Assembly: GCA_013215385.1 (NCBI GenBank)
Contig: JABSOY010000020.1
Span: 26,511-90,510, forward strand
Origin: Colwellia sp.
GTDB taxonomy: Bacteria; Pseudomonadota; Gammaproteobacteria; Enterobacterales; Alteromonadaceae
Length of the DNA stretch: 64,000 nucleotides
Direction of reading: 5' to 3'
Shown: one piece after another, positions 29,895 to 41,326 of the stretch
How the letters are laid out: every line of letters begins with the position of its first letter
How positions within the stretch are numbered: the first letter of the stretch is position 1
Made by a program: the position numbers and the translations under genes
The notes under the pieces: generated by a model
What the model was told of the DNA's origin: nothing
Database searches by the model: none
What the model saw: the letters and a program-made list of their open reading frames with translations, nothing else

Positions 29895-32150
29895 CTAATT
29901 GAATCTATGGGTAAATTTTAAAAACAGGCTTTTTTCTTCGTCCTTTATAACGGTTACATATGAAGGGTTTTCATATTCATCTTGGAATGTACCATAGCCT
30001 AAAAACAATGAATTTCCAGGCGTGGATTCCCATTTTAATAGTACATCGCCAACAATTATATTTTGGTCTTTCATACTACTGAACAAGGCATTGCTATTAA
30101 CTTTTTGTTTATCAAGAATTAACCTAAGTGACCAATCTTGATTGAATTGATAAGTTGTTTTAAATCTAAGTTGCCTACTCGAAAATATCTTTTCATCGGC
30201 AGCGGTATTAAGCATATTATCTAAGAACTGGATTTTGAATTTTAATTTTGGTGTAACTTTAAATGACATTGATAAAACGGTTTGTTGTAATTTTGCCAGC
30301 TCCGGAGCTAACCCGTTTGCAGGCTGATAATTTACCGTATCACCTTGTTTATAGTTAATATCAAACCCCATGAAAGAAAACCATAAACTCTCAACACCAA
30401 TGAAAAATGTGTTTTGATTGAATGTAGTTAATTGGGACAGTGTTGCATAATCGTCTTCCCTCAAACGTTCACTTTTATTTATTGCTTTAAATCTTATGTG
30501 TGTTTGTCCCGGTAATTCTGTACTGATTACAGCCGATTGAATTTGATCCAGATAAGTGCCTTTTGTATCCCAGACATTTCTAAGCTCAAATTCAGTTGTA
30601 TAAGATATAAATAGAGGGTTGTCTGCTAGAAATCGATAAGCATATTGTTGTGTGATTTCAGTTATTCCCTTACGTGGAATATAACCAATTGGACTATCGA
30701 AGTCTTCAGCAACACTCTGTGCCTTTGCGTTATAGCTCCAATATTCACCTCCCCCGCCAATGGTTAAATATAGTGCACCAGCTTCATTTGAACTTGTGTT
30801 TGAAGAATTGTCTGAATAGGCGATCTGCGAGTCCATATTCCAATTTTCGTTGAATCTATAGCGCGTTTGCAGCGCAATGTTTGTTGAATCTACTTCACCC
30901 TTAGAATAATTTGATATAAATAGACCTAAATAGGAATCGTAGCCTATAGTTTTTCTTATATTAGAGACTGATATTTTTGCCTCCTTGCTTATTGTACTAT
31001 TTGAAGTAGCACTTTCATCATCGATAATCATGCCACCAATTGACCAATCTCCAAGTTGCGCTGTTGTTCTTAAACCAGCACTAGGATCAATTATTTTTCT
31101 AGTGAAAAGTAAATTCAGCGGTGTACTAAAATAGTCGGCATTCTCTATAAAAAAGAGCCTTTTTTCAGGAAAGAAAACCTCAAATCTTTCATTAGTAACA
31201 ATTTGTGCTTCGTCAGACTCTATTTGGGAAAAATCAGGATTTAAAGTTAAGTCTAAAACAATTCGGTCATCCCATACAAATTTAGCATCCAAACCTAAAT
31301 CGCTTTCACTCTTGTTTTGCCAACCTTCGCGACTTAATGACGATTTCGATTGAGATTTTTTTGTAGTAACAAAAGGAGTCAGTTCCATTTTCAATGATTT
31401 TCTTTCGACATTAATATTACCTAAAGTACCTGCTTGTGAAATTCTTGAAGAAATATTAGTTGAGTATTGAGGGAAAAAAGCATTTTCATTATTTCTAGGG
31501 ATTCCTCGATAAACAAAAAAACCCCAGTTTTGTACATCCCCTGGCGGAAACCTTAAACTTGAAAGTGGAATTTTAATTTTGACAAGATAACCGTTGTTTG
31601 CTGTTAAAGATTCGGTAAACCATATAGGATTAAAAGATAAATCCCATCCGACACCTTCGCTAAACATGCCATCAATTTGTGAGCCAACCGCGTTTGCTTG
31701 AAAGCCATACATTTGTTGGGAATTAGCAAATGGGATTAAATGTAAAGCAACTGTATCTTCGTCTTGTGAGAACCCATCTCTTGGTGAAACTGTAGATCGA
31801 ATCAAATCAGGGGCATCATCAAAGCACATAAAAACACCGTATAGATGCGCTTTATCATACGATAGATAAACTGCCGTTTTTTGTGAGCTTTGTGCGCCAT
31901 TAATGGGAGAACGAGTAAGTAAACTATCTATTTTATGACCGATTAAGCTTTGGTGATTTCCGTTTTCCATTGCCGATAAATAAGCTGATAATTTAGGCTC
32001 TTGGTTAACTTCTGGGATATTCACTTTATATGTAATATTTTTTTGCTGTTCAGCTTTAGTTGTATTGCTAAAAATAATTATTAAAAATAAAGCGCTGAGG
32101 TATTTTAAAGTATTCAACAAGTTTCCTGGTAATGTAATGAGTTTTACCAA
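29895..32150 (-). CDS. large outer-membrane/secreted protein, DUF5916 / CBM9-like
   Basis: 751 aa with a signal-like N-terminus. It has a beta-rich composition and ends in an aromatic residue (...FTHRFN). The family assignment is by pattern only. Confidence 0.6.
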   Translation of the reverse strand: MVKLITLPGNLLNTLKYLSALFLIIIFSNTTKAEQQKNITYKVNIPEVNQEPKLSAYLSAMENGNHQSLIGHKIDSLLTRSPINGAQSSQKTAVYLSYDKAHLYGVFMCFDDAPDLIRSTVSPRDGFSQDEDTVALHLIPFANSQQMYGFQANAVGSQIDGMFSEGVGWDLSFNPIWFTESLTANNGYLVKIKIPLSSLRFPPGDVQNWGFFVYRGIPRNNENAFFPQYSTNISSRISQAGTLGNINVERKSLKMELTPFVTTKKSQSKSSLSREGWQNKSESDLGLDAKFVWDDRIVLDLTLNPDFSQIESDEAQIVTNERFEVFFPEKRLFFIENADYFSTPLNLLFTRKIIDPSAGLRTTAQLGDWSIGGMIIDDESATSNSTISKEAKISVSNIRKTIGYDSYLGLFISNYSKGEVDSTNIALQTRYRFNENWNMDSQIAYSDNSSNTSSNEAGALYLTIGGGGEYWSYNAKAQSVAEDFDSPIGYIPRKGITEITQQYAYRFLADNPLFISYTTEFELRNVWDTKGTYLDQIQSAVISTELPGQTHIRFKAINKSERLREDDYATLSQLTTFNQNTFFIGVESLWFSFMGFDINYKQGDTVNYQPANGLAPELAKLQQTVLSMSFKVTPKLKFKIQFLDNMLNTAADEKIFSSRQLRFKTTYQFNQDWSLRLILDKQKVNSNALFSSMKDQNIIVGDVLLKWESTPGNSLFLGYGTFQDEYENPSYVTVIKDEEKSLFLKFTHRFN

Positions 32151-32768
32151 GGTTAAGTTTTGTTGGTTTTTGTTACTATCGGATTATTGCGGTGAGGATT
32201 TTTTAAATATAAAAATCTTCATGCCGCGCATAACTACCAAACATTGTGTATTCATATATCTGATTAAGTCTAAAGCTGTTTTGGGAGGGTAGGCTCTTAA
32301 AATTAAAGCCTGATGTTATTTATGGAAAGAGAGTCCTCATTTTATCTCATATATTTATGTCTGCTTATGATTCGAGAGTGAGCCTAATATTGAATGATTT
32401 CAGCTAATAGTTTTGGTCGGCTTTGTGGTAGTAGTTAGCCTTTCAAATTCAGGCAACAATGTCAGCTTATGGCTAGCACTTGTCCTAAAGAACAATCTGT
32501 AGTTAACGTCAACAATGCGCACTTTTTGGACGTTAGCTTTTGGTGAGGAAAAACTAACAGTTTTCATTATTCTAAGGTCACTAGCTGCCACAAAATAGAC
32601 CTTTTATATAAACTAAAAAGTCGCTTCAAAAGGACCGTTTTATAGCTAACCGCAGACTTATTGACGACTTACGATGGTTTAATAAAATTTTGATGAATTC
32701 AGTTGGATTTGTAAGTTTATATCCGATTGCTATAATCAACATAATGCTTTATTCAAAAAAAACATGTC

Positions 32769-33794
32769 ATGAAATACTATTATACAACCACACTCCTTAG
32801 TTTTTTATTAATATCCTGTGGAGGAGGCTCTAGTAGTGGAGATACCCCAACAACGATAGAACCAACATCCGTCCCTCTTGTGTCTTTCTCTATTTCTGAT
32901 GCCCCCTCTGATTCAGTGACGTCAGTGAATGTTACTTTTAGTTCAATCACTTTAAAATCAGATAATGACGACGATGATGATAACTCTGGACTTGATATAC
33001 CTATTTTAGATGATGAGGGCAATCCTACGACAATGACTATTGACCTCATGGATTATCAAGATGGTGATGAACAACTTATTATTAGTAATATTGAGCTTGC
33101 TGTAGGAAATTATAAGAGCTTAGTGCTAAATACATCCGGTTGTCCTCAAAACCAAAATGGCAGTACTGAGTTTTGCTGGGTTACTGACAGCAACGGTATT
33201 AAGCCGCTCAAAACACCGAGTAATAAACTAAAATTAGGCGAATTTAGTATTTCCACTGAATCTGAACAGGTTTATACCATTGAGTTCAATTTACGTTCAT
33301 CAATGACAAAGACTGCGGGAGGTGCATCATATAACCTAAAACCTCACGGGATTCGCATCGTTAATGGAGCAGAAGTTGGTTCACTAAATGGCATAGTTGA
33401 TGTCAATTTATTAACCTCAGGTGACGAATGCGAAATGGTTTTTGAAGAAGACACTGATCACGGTAAGGTTGTCTATTTATATCAAGGTGATATTGTCCTA
33501 GATGTTGTGATGGGCGATGAATTTGCCCCCGATGAAGCTCTAAATGAAATTCCCAAGAATGTTGTTATGCCTTATGCATCTGATTCAATTTCTTTTGATA
33601 TCGATACAGATATATACAGCTACGCTTTTGCACACCTTCCTACTGGAAGTTATACCGTTGCATTTTCGTGTAGTGCTGTAGGTGATGATTCTGTGGAATA
33701 TAACGGTATAACCATTTCGAATCCTAGCGATCAACAGCATATTGTTACTATTAATGCTAACGTTGAATTAGTGTCAAATTTCACCGAAAACTAA
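32769..33794 (+). CDS. DUF4382-like lipoprotein
   Basis: Lipobox LISCGGG. The stretch FSISDAPSDSVTSVNVTFSSITLK is typical of the DUF4382 N-terminus. An acidic D-run is also present. Confidence 0.65.
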   Translation: MKYYYTTTLLSFLLISCGGGSSSGDTPTTIEPTSVPLVSFSISDAPSDSVTSVNVTFSSITLKSDNDDDDDNSGLDIPILDDEGNPTTMTIDLMDYQDGDEQLIISNIELAVGNYKSLVLNTSGCPQNQNGSTEFCWVTDSNGIKPLKTPSNKLKLGEFSISTESEQVYTIEFNLRSSMTKTAGGASYNLKPHGIRIVNGAEVGSLNGIVDVNLLTSGDECEMVFEEDTDHGKVVYLYQGDIVLDVVMGDEFAPDEALNEIPKNVVMPYASDSISFDIDTDIYSYAFAHLPTGSYTVAFSCSAVGDDSVEYNGITISNPSDQQHIVTINANVELVSNFTEN

Positions 33795-33884
33795 TTGAAT
33801 TCATAAACAAAATATAACGAAGTATGCTTACAAAAAAGAAACACTGATCTAAGCTATAGACACTTAAATGGAAAAGGAAAAAAA

Positions 33885-34448
33885 ATGTTCTCGATTAGAA
33901 ATTTAGTCTGTTTAGTCTTTTGTTTTAATTTAGCCGCATGTGCTTCATTAGGGACAGGCACTAAAGCAGAGAAACAACAAAAAATTCTGGCAATGAAAGA
34001 TGCAGTATTAACTCAGCTTTTTGCTACAAAACCCGACACACGTGCGCAAATAAATTCGGCTCATGGTTACGCAGTATTTTCTAATGCGAATATTAATTTG
34101 ATATTCATAGCTGCGGGAACGGGATACGGGGTTGTGAAAGATATGCGTACAAGTAAATATACCTATATGAATATGGCTGAGGGGGGAATCGGCTTGGGAC
34201 TTGGAGTGAAAGACTACCGTCTTGTGATGGTCTTTCATACAGTAAGCGCAATGAAAGACTTTATTAACAAAGGTTGGACTTTTGGTGGTAACGTTGATGC
34301 TTCTGCAAAAGCTGGTGATAAAGGCGCATCAGTTGAAGGCGAAATATATTATGGTGATATCACAGTATACACTTTTACTGAAAGTGGTTTAGCACTTCAG
34401 GCTACCGTTAAAGGTACTAAATTTTGGCAAGATAAAGAACTGAATTAA
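33885..34448 (+). CDS. SYLF (Ysc84/DUF500) lipid-binding domain lipoprotein
   Basis: Lipobox LAACAS. The Gly-rich beta motifs GGIGLGLGVKDYRLVMVF and TFGGNVDASAKAG are present. Confidence 0.65.
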   Translation: MFSIRNLVCLVFCFNLAACASLGTGTKAEKQQKILAMKDAVLTQLFATKPDTRAQINSAHGYAVFSNANINLIFIAAGTGYGVVKDMRTSKYTYMNMAEGGIGLGLGVKDYRLVMVFHTVSAMKDFINKGWTFGGNVDASAKAGDKGASVEGEIYYGDITVYTFTESGLALQATVKGTKFWQDKELN

Positions 34449-35109
34449 ACACTAGATTCTTTATTACTTTATCTTTTTTTACTAATTTACAAGCTTGCCT
34501 AAGTTAATAATAAAAACAACTTTGTGATCTCTAACGATACTCTTTACCAAGCAAGCAGTTTATAAGTTGATGAATACGGCCATTAAATATGGTCGTTTTC
34601 TATCAACACTATATTGTAATATCTTAAGTCTTATGTGCACCATATAATTATCGTTGTTTCCTTATATAAATTGATCTCCTCAATGCTTATATTCCAGCAT
34701 TAATAGGACGATTAAAACTTAACGGTTTGGTGTGGAAAGGAGAATTTTCACCGTTACCACAAAGGCTCCAATTCGTAAACTCTGAAACGTCTGCTGATTA
34801 GCTCTAAGAAGGCGTTAAGTTTATCAAAAAATAATGGCTGCAAACAAAGAAAACCAAAAACTCTCAATATGATTGGCCGATCAAAATAAACATAATAATT
34901 TTCTAATGATTTGTGACGTTATGACCGTTATTTTGACTAATGTTGCAAAAAATTCATAAAAATATCACATGTTCGCCTACGTGAGTTATCAAGCCAGATA
35001 ATCCATTCCCTAAATTTTATCAGCTCGACTTATCTTTATTAGTTTTATGAAATCCAATCATTTTTCGTTATAGTCATGGCGGAATAATAATAATGATAAA
35101 AGGATAATT

Positions 35110-38004
35110 ATGAAGAGTTCTGCAAGTCAAAAATTACTATTGGGGTTGATATGCACTGTATTTTCAATGCTATCGGTAACCGCTTCTGCCACCGTTGTGA
35201 TGAAAGCTACCGCAAATAAAAACCTCGAGTACCCAAGTTTATTAACAGGAAAATATAACAGCCAAATAACGACTCCAAACTCAGTGCTTGGTTTTGAAGT
35301 AGGCCAAAGAACGGCGACCCCTGAACAAATAAATGCGTTAGTAAACCTGTGGACCAATGAAAGTAAAAAAGCCAAAATTGTCGAGTATGCCCGTACCTAT
35401 GAAGGCCGAGCGTTGCATTACTTGGTGATCAGTTCAGAAAAAAACCTTAAAAACTTAGACAAAATTAAAAACAATATTGCTCAACTGAGCCGGCCTAAAT
35501 CACTTAGCGCCAGAAAAATCAAGTCACTAATTAAAGAAACCCCCGCTACCGCTTGGATGGCTTATAGTATTCACGGCAATGAGTCGTCTGGAGCCGATAG
35601 TTCATTGGCACTAATTTATCATTTACTTGCTTCAGAAGAAGCAGATGTAGCTTCATTATTAGATGATTTAGTCATTTTAGTTGACCCTATGATGAACCCT
35701 GACGGCAGAGCGCGCTTTACCAAAAGCATGCAAGAACACCGCGGAGCCGCACCAAATATTGATAACCAGTCGTTAATACACAGTGGTGAATGGCCTTTTG
35801 GTCGAGGTAATCATTACCTGTTCGATTTAAACCGTGATTTTTATTTTGCCGCTAATCCAGAGTCGCGAGGCCGTATCAAAGCCATAAACCAGTGGTATCC
35901 ATTGTTGATGATTGACGGCCATGAAATGGGTGCACAAGATACTTATCTTTTCGGTCCACCTCGTGAACCTATTAATAGCCATGTACCTGCTAGTATAAAA
36001 CGTTGGGCCGATGTGTTCGCACAAGAACAAGCAAGCGTATACGACAAAAAAATATGGCCATACTACACCGGAGAATGGTTTGAAAACTTATACCCTGGTT
36101 ATTCAAACTATGCGGAATACCGTGGCTCTATTCATATTTTATATGAACAAGCACGTACCGCTGAAGATGGCATAAGAACACAAAATGGCAATATTCGTAC
36201 CTACAAAGAATCAGTTGACCATCAGTTTGTTAGCTCCATTGCTAATTTAAAATCGTTACAAAAACACAGTAACGCGATTTTTAATGATTTTGTCAAAAAT
36301 CGCATGGCGCACGTGGCAACCACAGGTCAATACGCCAATAAAAGTTTTGTTATTTTACCTACCGACAATACCAGTAGAATGAATGACTTCTTATATTTGT
36401 TAGACCTGCAAAATATTAGTTATCAAAAAACATCAAAAGCACAAACCGTTGATGAAGCGATTAATCATTTAGGGCAAAAAATTGCAGATGCCAAGATCCC
36501 CAAAGGATCTATTATTATTCAAAATCGTCAATATGAAGCGCCGCTTATTTCAGCTATTTTGGAGTTTGACGCAAAAATAAACGACAAGGTACTACTCGAA
36601 GAACGTCAAAAAACCTTACGTGACGGCAGCTCAGTTATGTACGACTCTACCTCATGGAACTTAAGCATGATGTATGGTTTACCTGCCTTAGAAGTATCAA
36701 CACACATGACTAAAAATTTAGTCGCTGTTGAAAAAGCTAATCAATCAGGAAACATCAGTGAAATCAATAATGCTATTGCTTACCTTGTTGATGGTGCTAG
36801 CGATGCATCAGTGGGTTTTGCTGCCCGCTTAATGGAACAGAATGTTCAGGTAAGAGTATTAGACAAACAAGGCTTATTTAATAAACATCGTTTTAATCGT
36901 GGCTCTATAGCCGTGTATTTATACGACAACATTTTAGAGAAATCAGCATTGCATGCACTTATCAAACAAGCGGCGCAAGATACCGGAGCAACAGTTACCG
37001 CGATTAGCCAAGGTTTAGGTGCCGGTGACTTACCTGACATTGGCGGCGAACATTTCCAGTTACTCAAAAAACCTCAAATAGCTCTTTTATCGCAAAATGG
37101 TATTAATGTCGAAGACTTAGGTTCTATTTGGCACATGATCGACACGCAGTTAGGTATTCGACATTCCCACTTAAATCACGAATTGCTTAATGGTATGGAT
37201 TTACGTCAATACAATGTCATTGTGGTTCCTAGTCGTTACTACGGCACATTATCAACAGCGAATATTTCATTGCTTGAAAACTGGGTGAAAAATGGCGGGT
37301 CATTAATCGTCAATGGTAATTCAGCACAACAACTCGCTAATGAAGAAGAGTTTTCAAGTGTTAATTTGTTAGCTAAAACTTTTGAAGATTCGGCTGAGTA
37401 TAATATTGCTTTATATCGTGAATGGTTAGCACAACAAAAAACGATCACCAACCGCAGCAAAGTAAATGATCATACTGTGGCTACCGACTTATGGTTTCCG
37501 TGGAGTGATAACGAAGAGCTAAAACCAATGAAAAAAGAGCAACTAGAAGCATGGGATAATTGGAATAAAAACTTCATGCCTTCCGGTGCAATGGTGGCAG
37601 CAAGAACCGATCAGAAACATTGGTTAACTTACGGCGTGCATGAACAACTGCCTATTTTAACCAGTGATGCTCCGCTGTTTATGGTGAAAGATGGCGCCAA
37701 TGCGGTCGTGCGATATGGCGTATTAAGCCCGAATAAAAAAGCAGAAGCTAAACAAGTCGGCTGGAGTACCATTCCAAAAGGTAATGACTTATACCTTCGT
37801 ATGAGTGGTTTAATTTGGCCAGAAGCTCAACAACGACTTGCTAATACAGCCTATTTAACACAAGAGTCAAAAGGTAACGGGCAAATAATTATGTTCGCCA
37901 ATAAACCAAACTTTCGTGGTGCAACCAAAGGAACTGCGCGCTTATTACTTAATGCTATGGTTTATGGACCTGGGCTAGGAGCAAAAACAGCAATCAATCT
38001 TTAA
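35110..38004 (+). CDS. secreted M14-family zinc carboxypeptidase-like protein with a long C-terminal extension
   Basis: Signal peptide present. The zinc motif is in YSIHGNESSG (HxxE), followed by DPMMNPDGR and a later GHEMG. Length is 964 aa. Confidence 0.75.
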   Translation: MKSSASQKLLLGLICTVFSMLSVTASATVVMKATANKNLEYPSLLTGKYNSQITTPNSVLGFEVGQRTATPEQINALVNLWTNESKKAKIVEYARTYEGRALHYLVISSEKNLKNLDKIKNNIAQLSRPKSLSARKIKSLIKETPATAWMAYSIHGNESSGADSSLALIYHLLASEEADVASLLDDLVILVDPMMNPDGRARFTKSMQEHRGAAPNIDNQSLIHSGEWPFGRGNHYLFDLNRDFYFAANPESRGRIKAINQWYPLLMIDGHEMGAQDTYLFGPPREPINSHVPASIKRWADVFAQEQASVYDKKIWPYYTGEWFENLYPGYSNYAEYRGSIHILYEQARTAEDGIRTQNGNIRTYKESVDHQFVSSIANLKSLQKHSNAIFNDFVKNRMAHVATTGQYANKSFVILPTDNTSRMNDFLYLLDLQNISYQKTSKAQTVDEAINHLGQKIADAKIPKGSIIIQNRQYEAPLISAILEFDAKINDKVLLEERQKTLRDGSSVMYDSTSWNLSMMYGLPALEVSTHMTKNLVAVEKANQSGNISEINNAIAYLVDGASDASVGFAARLMEQNVQVRVLDKQGLFNKHRFNRGSIAVYLYDNILEKSALHALIKQAAQDTGATVTAISQGLGAGDLPDIGGEHFQLLKKPQIALLSQNGINVEDLGSIWHMIDTQLGIRHSHLNHELLNGMDLRQYNVIVVPSRYYGTLSTANISLLENWVKNGGSLIVNGNSAQQLANEEEFSSVNLLAKTFEDSAEYNIALYREWLAQQKTITNRSKVNDHTVATDLWFPWSDNEELKPMKKEQLEAWDNWNKNFMPSGAMVAARTDQKHWLTYGVHEQLPILTSDAPLFMVKDGANAVVRYGVLSPNKKAEAKQVGWSTIPKGNDLYLRMSGLIWPEAQQRLANTAYLTQESKGNGQIIMFANKPNFRGATKGTARLLLNAMVYGPGLGAKTAINL

Positions 38005-38028
38005 TTAATATTTTTAATCATTAAAGAT

Positions 38029-38060
38029 AAAAAACACCATCGAAAGATGGTGTTTTTATT
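38029..38060 (+). terminator. rho-independent terminator
   Basis: AAAACACCATC-GAAA-GATGGTGTTTT followed by a T tract. Confidence 0.8.
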
Positions 38061-38172
38061 TATGAAAAAATAGCCTGCCCACTAACTTTTTAAGGTAAGA
38101 TCTCATCGCTAAGTAATATGCTTTCACCTTATTAAATTCAAACCTTCAATGAATACCTGGAAAATAAATATC

Positions 38173-39975
38173 ATGCGAGTAGCCGTTTCTCAATTTGCCA
38201 CCTCTTCAAATGTTCAAGAAAACCTAGCAACTTGTCTTCGGATGATAAATGAAATAGCAGTGTGTAAACCGTCACTCATTGTTCTTCCTGAATACTGTAA
38301 TACTCAGCCTAGGTACGTTGACCATAATCAGGCATGGCATGAAGCCTTAACACTTGATGGTGTTTTTTTACAAAATATTGCCGAGCAAGCAAAAACACAT
38401 GATTGCTACATAGTGATCAATGTAACCTTACGACGAGATCTTTCACGGGACTTTTCGGACAATGAACAAAGTGGTTCGATTAAATCAAATATTAGTGTCA
38501 CTTCTTGTTTATTTTCACCACTTGGAGAGCTTATTCACCAAGAAGACAAACAAAGCTTGATGGCCGATGAAAATGATTTTTTTATTAGCGCAAGTAAAGC
38601 TGCTGAGGTGATAACAACACCCTTTGGACAATTAGGACTATTAACAGGTTGCGATAGTATGACCTTTGAGGCATCACGAAAATTATCGTTAAGTGGTGCG
38701 CATTTATTATGTAATCCGCTGCACACCTTCGCCTTAGACCAAAGTAATTTACATGGCCCTGCCCGCGCCTGCGAAAACAAAGTATTTTTAGCTTCGGCTA
38801 ATAAAATTGGCTCACTAGTTTCACCAGAAAAAGATGCGATAAATTCAGTACAAAGTTCAATGACTGAAAACCTTGATGTTGGTATAGGTGTTGGTGTGGG
38901 TCAAAGCCAGATCGTTTCGCCCGAAGGTAAGGTATTAGCAAAGATAACAAACAATGACGAAGGTTTTGTTTTCGCTGATATAGATTTAACTGGAGCAGGT
39001 ATAGCCGCTAACAACAAATTTCGTCCTGACGGCACTGAACTTATTAAACAGCTGCGCCCTGAGCTTTATCAAAAGCGGATATTGCCAATACAGAAAGCCT
39101 CTGACCTTGAGCACAACAGTAATATACCAGAAACGGCTAATGTCGCGATATTTGCAACTTACAAGACTAACGAAGCAGCCATTGAAGATGTTTGTCATTA
39201 TATTGTCAATAATCTTAGTGATATTATTCAATTACCTGAATTATTCTTTATCGCAGATAAAACAATCACCAATAGCGCCGAACAATTAGCCCAAATAGAA
39301 CACTTAAGTAAACAACTTATTAAGCAAGTCAGCGCAGAACTAAGACCCTTTCAGTACGTGTGCACGAGTTTAGTTATTAACGGCATGCATCAGGCCGTAT
39401 TAATAAGCGAACAGGGTTTATTTGCCATACAAGGGCAAATTCATTTTTGTGAACGATACCGGTGGACTGAACTAGCTGATGATATAAAAATTATCGAACT
39501 GCCCTTAGAGCAAGGGAACATTAACATTGCCATGCTAACAGCTGATGACGCTAACATACCAGAGATAGTTAAGGTTGCCGCGTTGAATAATACTCAGCTT
39601 TTATTAGTGCCTTTTGATATTCAACAAGCGTATGAAGTAGAGTATGGTCTGATATCTCGCGCGGCTGAAAATAGAATTTGCATCGTAGCGGCGAGTCGCG
39701 AAAAAAGCTTTGCTGCCGATTCTCTGTCCGATAGCACTAATAACAATAACGCTAATAAAAACAAAGTAAAAACGCTGAAATCGACCGGGTTAATTATAAA
39801 TTCAACCACTAAATCAGCCCTATTAGTCCCATTAAAATCAGGTAAGTTCACTGGTTATATCAACCAACCGTTGGTCAAGTATCAGCACGGTAAAATCACT
39901 AAAGCTTTGGTTCATCCTATCGCCGCTAGTAACAAGCTTATGGTTAACAATCATCTGCCAACAAAATACAACTAA
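38173..39975 (+). CDS. tandem carbon-nitrogen hydrolase (nitrilase superfamily) protein
   Basis: Domain 1 has LIVLPEY (Glu), EDKQSL (Lys) and GLLTGCDSM (Cys). Domain 2 has IIQLPELFF but reads MLTADD where the Cys would be. I prefer the ATG at 38173 (MRVAVSQF). Confidence 0.7.
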   Translation: MRVAVSQFATSSNVQENLATCLRMINEIAVCKPSLIVLPEYCNTQPRYVDHNQAWHEALTLDGVFLQNIAEQAKTHDCYIVINVTLRRDLSRDFSDNEQSGSIKSNISVTSCLFSPLGELIHQEDKQSLMADENDFFISASKAAEVITTPFGQLGLLTGCDSMTFEASRKLSLSGAHLLCNPLHTFALDQSNLHGPARACENKVFLASANKIGSLVSPEKDAINSVQSSMTENLDVGIGVGVGQSQIVSPEGKVLAKITNNDEGFVFADIDLTGAGIAANNKFRPDGTELIKQLRPELYQKRILPIQKASDLEHNSNIPETANVAIFATYKTNEAAIEDVCHYIVNNLSDIIQLPELFFIADKTITNSAEQLAQIEHLSKQLIKQVSAELRPFQYVCTSLVINGMHQAVLISEQGLFAIQGQIHFCERYRWTELADDIKIIELPLEQGNINIAMLTADDANIPEIVKVAALNNTQLLLVPFDIQQAYEVEYGLISRAAENRICIVAASREKSFAADSLSDSTNNNNANKNKVKTLKSTGLIINSTTKSALLVPLKSGKFTGYINQPLVKYQHGKITKALVHPIAASNKLMVNNHLPTKYN

Positions 39976-40195
39976 TACGATATATGGCTTAAACGGTTAT
40001 TTGCGAAATTGCTGCAGTTAATCGTTCTGCTTTTTAAAATAAAAAATATCTTTATCGTTGTTTAGTATCATTTCATGGCTAGTTTTTTACGGTTTGTCGT
40101 TAAGCCCTTGTTAAAGATAAATGTAAACAGCTAAACTGTTCATCATTAAAATTTTTCAAAAATGTACTGACTTAGCTTAAAGTGACCGAATAAAT

Positions 40196-41326
40196 ATGAC
40201 AAAAACCGTTAAAAAAACAATCGAGCTTAAAAACATCCTGATATTATTACTCTCTATTTGGTTGGGGTTAACCTTTTATTCATTGTTGTCACTAATATCA
40301 AATTGGCTGACAAGCCACCACTTTGAAATGAATTTATTAGCTCACATAGAATTTATTACCTTTAGGATATGGATACCTTGGGTGGTATTAACACCTATTG
40401 TGCTTTGGTTAGCATTACGATTTCCCATCAGGCCTAAAAGCTGGCTGAAAGGTTTATTAATACACGCTTTATTTTTACTAATTTTGTCTTTAGTTTCTGG
40501 CTTATTTATTAGTTTTCACTATCATTTTTTTGAGAACATGAGCCCAGGAATGGCAGCGTATCAACCGTGGCAACATATTGGTCACTTTCTCTTTGGTGAT
40601 AATCTATTTTTGTTTAATACCATTATTTACACCATTTTAGTTACCAATGTAAATATTAAAAACTTCGCTCAAATTGCTGATAAAGAAGCGCTTATGGCTA
40701 GCCAGTTAAATAATCAACTTGTTGAGTCTCAATTGCAAACGCTTAAAATGCAAATCAACCCGCATTTTTTATTCAATACGCTCAATGTTATTTCAGTATT
40801 AGTGATGAAATCTGAGCAAGATAAAGCTACCGAAATGATCAATCGATTAAGCAGCTTTTTTAGAAACTCTTTGGATGAAAAAGATCAACAATGGATCCCT
40901 TTGAAAAAAGAGCTCAACCATGTAGAACAGTATCTTGCAATAGAACAAGTACGATTTGGCGATAGAATTAGCATAGTCAAAAATTATGATAAAAATGCTG
41001 ATTCTATACCCGTTCCTTCGATGTTATTACAACCTTTAATCGAAAATGCCATGCAGCACGGTTTAGAAGAAAAAGAAGGAAAAGGGCAATTAAGCATAAG
41101 TTGCCATGTTCAAGGAGACTATTTATCGATAGTCATTATGGACGACGGAGCTGGTTGCAACTTCGATGACAAAAAATTCAAGGCTGGCATAGGTTTAAGC
41201 AATGTAAAGTCTAGGTTAAAGCGCTTATATGGTACCAAACACACCTTGAGTTTTAACAGTAATAAACAAGGCGGTGTCACGGTAACATTAGCCTTGCCAA
41301 TTAACGTAGGGGATATTCAAGAATGA
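40196..41326 (+). CDS. LytS/YehU-family sensor histidine kinase
   Basis: The N-terminus is multi-TM. The His_kinase motif is MQINPHFLFNTLN, with a C-terminal HATPase (GIGLSNVKSRL). Confidence 0.85.
   Translation: MTKTVKKTIELKNILILLLSIWLGLTFYSLLSLISNWLTSHHFEMNLLAHIEFITFRIWIPWVVLTPIVLWLALRFPIRPKSWLKGLLIHALFLLILSLVSGLFISFHYHFFENMSPGMAAYQPWQHIGHFLFGDNLFLFNTIIYTILVTNVNIKNFAQIADKEALMASQLNNQLVESQLQTLKMQINPHFLFNTLNVISVLVMKSEQDKATEMINRLSSFFRNSLDEKDQQWIPLKKELNHVEQYLAIEQVRFGDRISIVKNYDKNADSIPVPSMLLQPLIENAMQHGLEEKEGKGQLSISCHVQGDYLSIVIMDDGAGCNFDDKKFKAGIGLSNVKSRLKRLYGTKHTLSFNSNKQGGVTVTLALPINVGDIQE

Noticed and set aside
32065-32591. Small ORFs 32065..32292 (+) and 32400..32591 (-) in the 0.6-kb spacer upstream of the DUF4382 gene.
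   Set aside because: The first overlaps the DUF5916 N-terminus and promoter. The second is composed of the dispersed repeats. Neither has coding support.
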